Positions 14,668-15,456 of a stretch of DNA of 15,456 nucleotides are shown piece after piece (the first letter of the stretch is position 1; each line of letters opens with the position of its first letter). Origin of the DNA: a virus. Its lineage: Duplodnaviria; Heunggongvirae; Uroviricota; Caudoviricetes. The notes below the pieces were generated by a model that did not search any database, was not told the DNA's origin, and saw only the letters and a list, made by a program, of their open reading frames with translations. Location of the stretch: IMG/VR virus record IMGVR_UViG_2698536485_000022; one strand, written 5' to 3'. The position numbers were made by a program, and so were the translations under genes.

Positions 14668-15456
14668 ATGGCATTTAAACACTATGACGTGGTCAGGGCG
14701 GCGTCGCCGTCAGACCTTGCGGAAAAGCTGACACACAAACTGAAAGAGGGCTGGCAGCCGTTTGGTAGTCCGGTGGCCATAACCCCTTATACCCTGATGC
14801 AGGCGATTGCAGCAGAAGGTGATGTGGTGGTCAGTGGGGCAACTGAGCCGGATTGGTACTACGTCATCGTACTGGCCGGGCAGTCCAATGCCATGGCTTA
14901 CGGTGAAGGGCTTCCGCTGCCGGATTCATACGATGCTCCGGATCCGCGCATTAAACAGCTGGCGCGCCGCAGTACAGTGACGCCGGGCGGGACTGCCTGC
15001 AGATATAACGATATTATTCCGGCCGACCACTGCCTGCATGATGTGCAGGATATGAGTACGCTGAATCATCCGAAGGCAGACCTGAGCAAAGGGCAGTACG
15101 GCTGTGTCGGCCAGGGGTTACATATTGCCAAAAAACTGCTCCCGTATATCCCGAATAACGCGGGGATCCTGCTGGTACCATGCTGTCGTGGTGGTTCGGC
15201 ATTTACCCAGGGCGCGGAGGGGACATTCAGTGCGGACACGGGGGCCAGCCAGGATTCGGCGCGCTGGGGTGTGGGTAAACCGTTATATCAGGACCTGATT
15301 GCGCGCACCAAAGCTGCATTACAGAAGAACCCGAAAAATGTGTTGCTGGCGGTGTGCTGGATGCAGGGAGAGTTTGACATGAGCGCCGCCACCCACGCAC
15401 AGCAACCTGCGCTGTTTACAGCCATGCTGATACAGTTTCGTGCTGACCTCTCCGTG
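14668..15456 (+). CDS. NanS-p-like sialate O-acetylesterase (DUF1737-like N-terminus plus SGNH hydrolase), 3' partial
   Basis: ATG 14668 with GGGGAGG Shine-Dalgarno; open to the window end (263 codons, not in the ORF track because it has no stop). Contains VIVLAGQSNAMAY (GQSN esterase motif). Confidence 0.75.
   Translation, partial: MAFKHYDVVRAASPSDLAEKLTHKLKEGWQPFGSPVAITPYTLMQAIAAEGDVVVSGATEPDWYYVIVLAGQSNAMAYGEGLPLPDSYDAPDPRIKQLARRSTVTPGGTACRYNDIIPADHCLHDVQDMSTLNHPKADLSKGQYGCVGQGLHIAKKLLPYIPNNAGILLVPCCRGGSAFTQGAEGTFSADTGASQDSARWGVGKPLYQDLIARTKAALQKNPKNVLLAVCWMQGEFDMSAATHAQQPALFTAMLIQFRADLSV

Noticed and set aside
1-15456. CRISPR array, integrase/att site, N-like antiterminator, stx genes
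   Set aside because: No spaced direct-repeat array, no tyrosine-recombinase-like ORF, no Arg-rich roughly 100-aa N candidate and no stx-like ORF downstream of the tRNAs were seen. int/att probably lie outside the window.

Overview
This window reads as the early-to-late regulatory core of an E. coli-type lambdoid prophage, with an AT-rich cargo block at its left end. From left to right: a plus-strand cassette (two small ORFs and a CoiA-like PD-(D/E)xK nuclease-family gene), then on the minus strand a PrtN-family regulator, an AT-rich multi-pass membrane protein, and YfdR-like (HD-domain), YfdQ-like and YfdP-like genes. A roughly 590-nt ORF-poor structured leader follows, containing a terminator hairpin with DicF-sRNA-like sequence, then a pL-like promoter, the cI terminator, cI (HTH plus S24 autopeptidase) and a divergent operator region. 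Rightward genes are cro-like, CII/YdaT-like, a gene with a frame switch, O-like replication protein, Dam methyltransferase, a LexA DNA-binding-domain-only paralog, RusA, an SOS box in front of a KilA-N antirepressor-like gene, a hypothetical gene, DUF968, Q antiterminator with tR'-like terminator, a decayed methyltransferase gene, tRNA-Ile(CAU), a tRNA-like remnant, tRNA-Arg(UCU), and a 3'-partial NanS-p-like esterase gene. No CRISPR array, no N-like gene, no helicase-loader gene and no stx genes were seen. All family assignments are motif recognition by eye from the translations; no database search or computation was run. The best candidates for an undescribed system are the AT-rich nuclease/membrane-protein cargo and the structured leader RNA.
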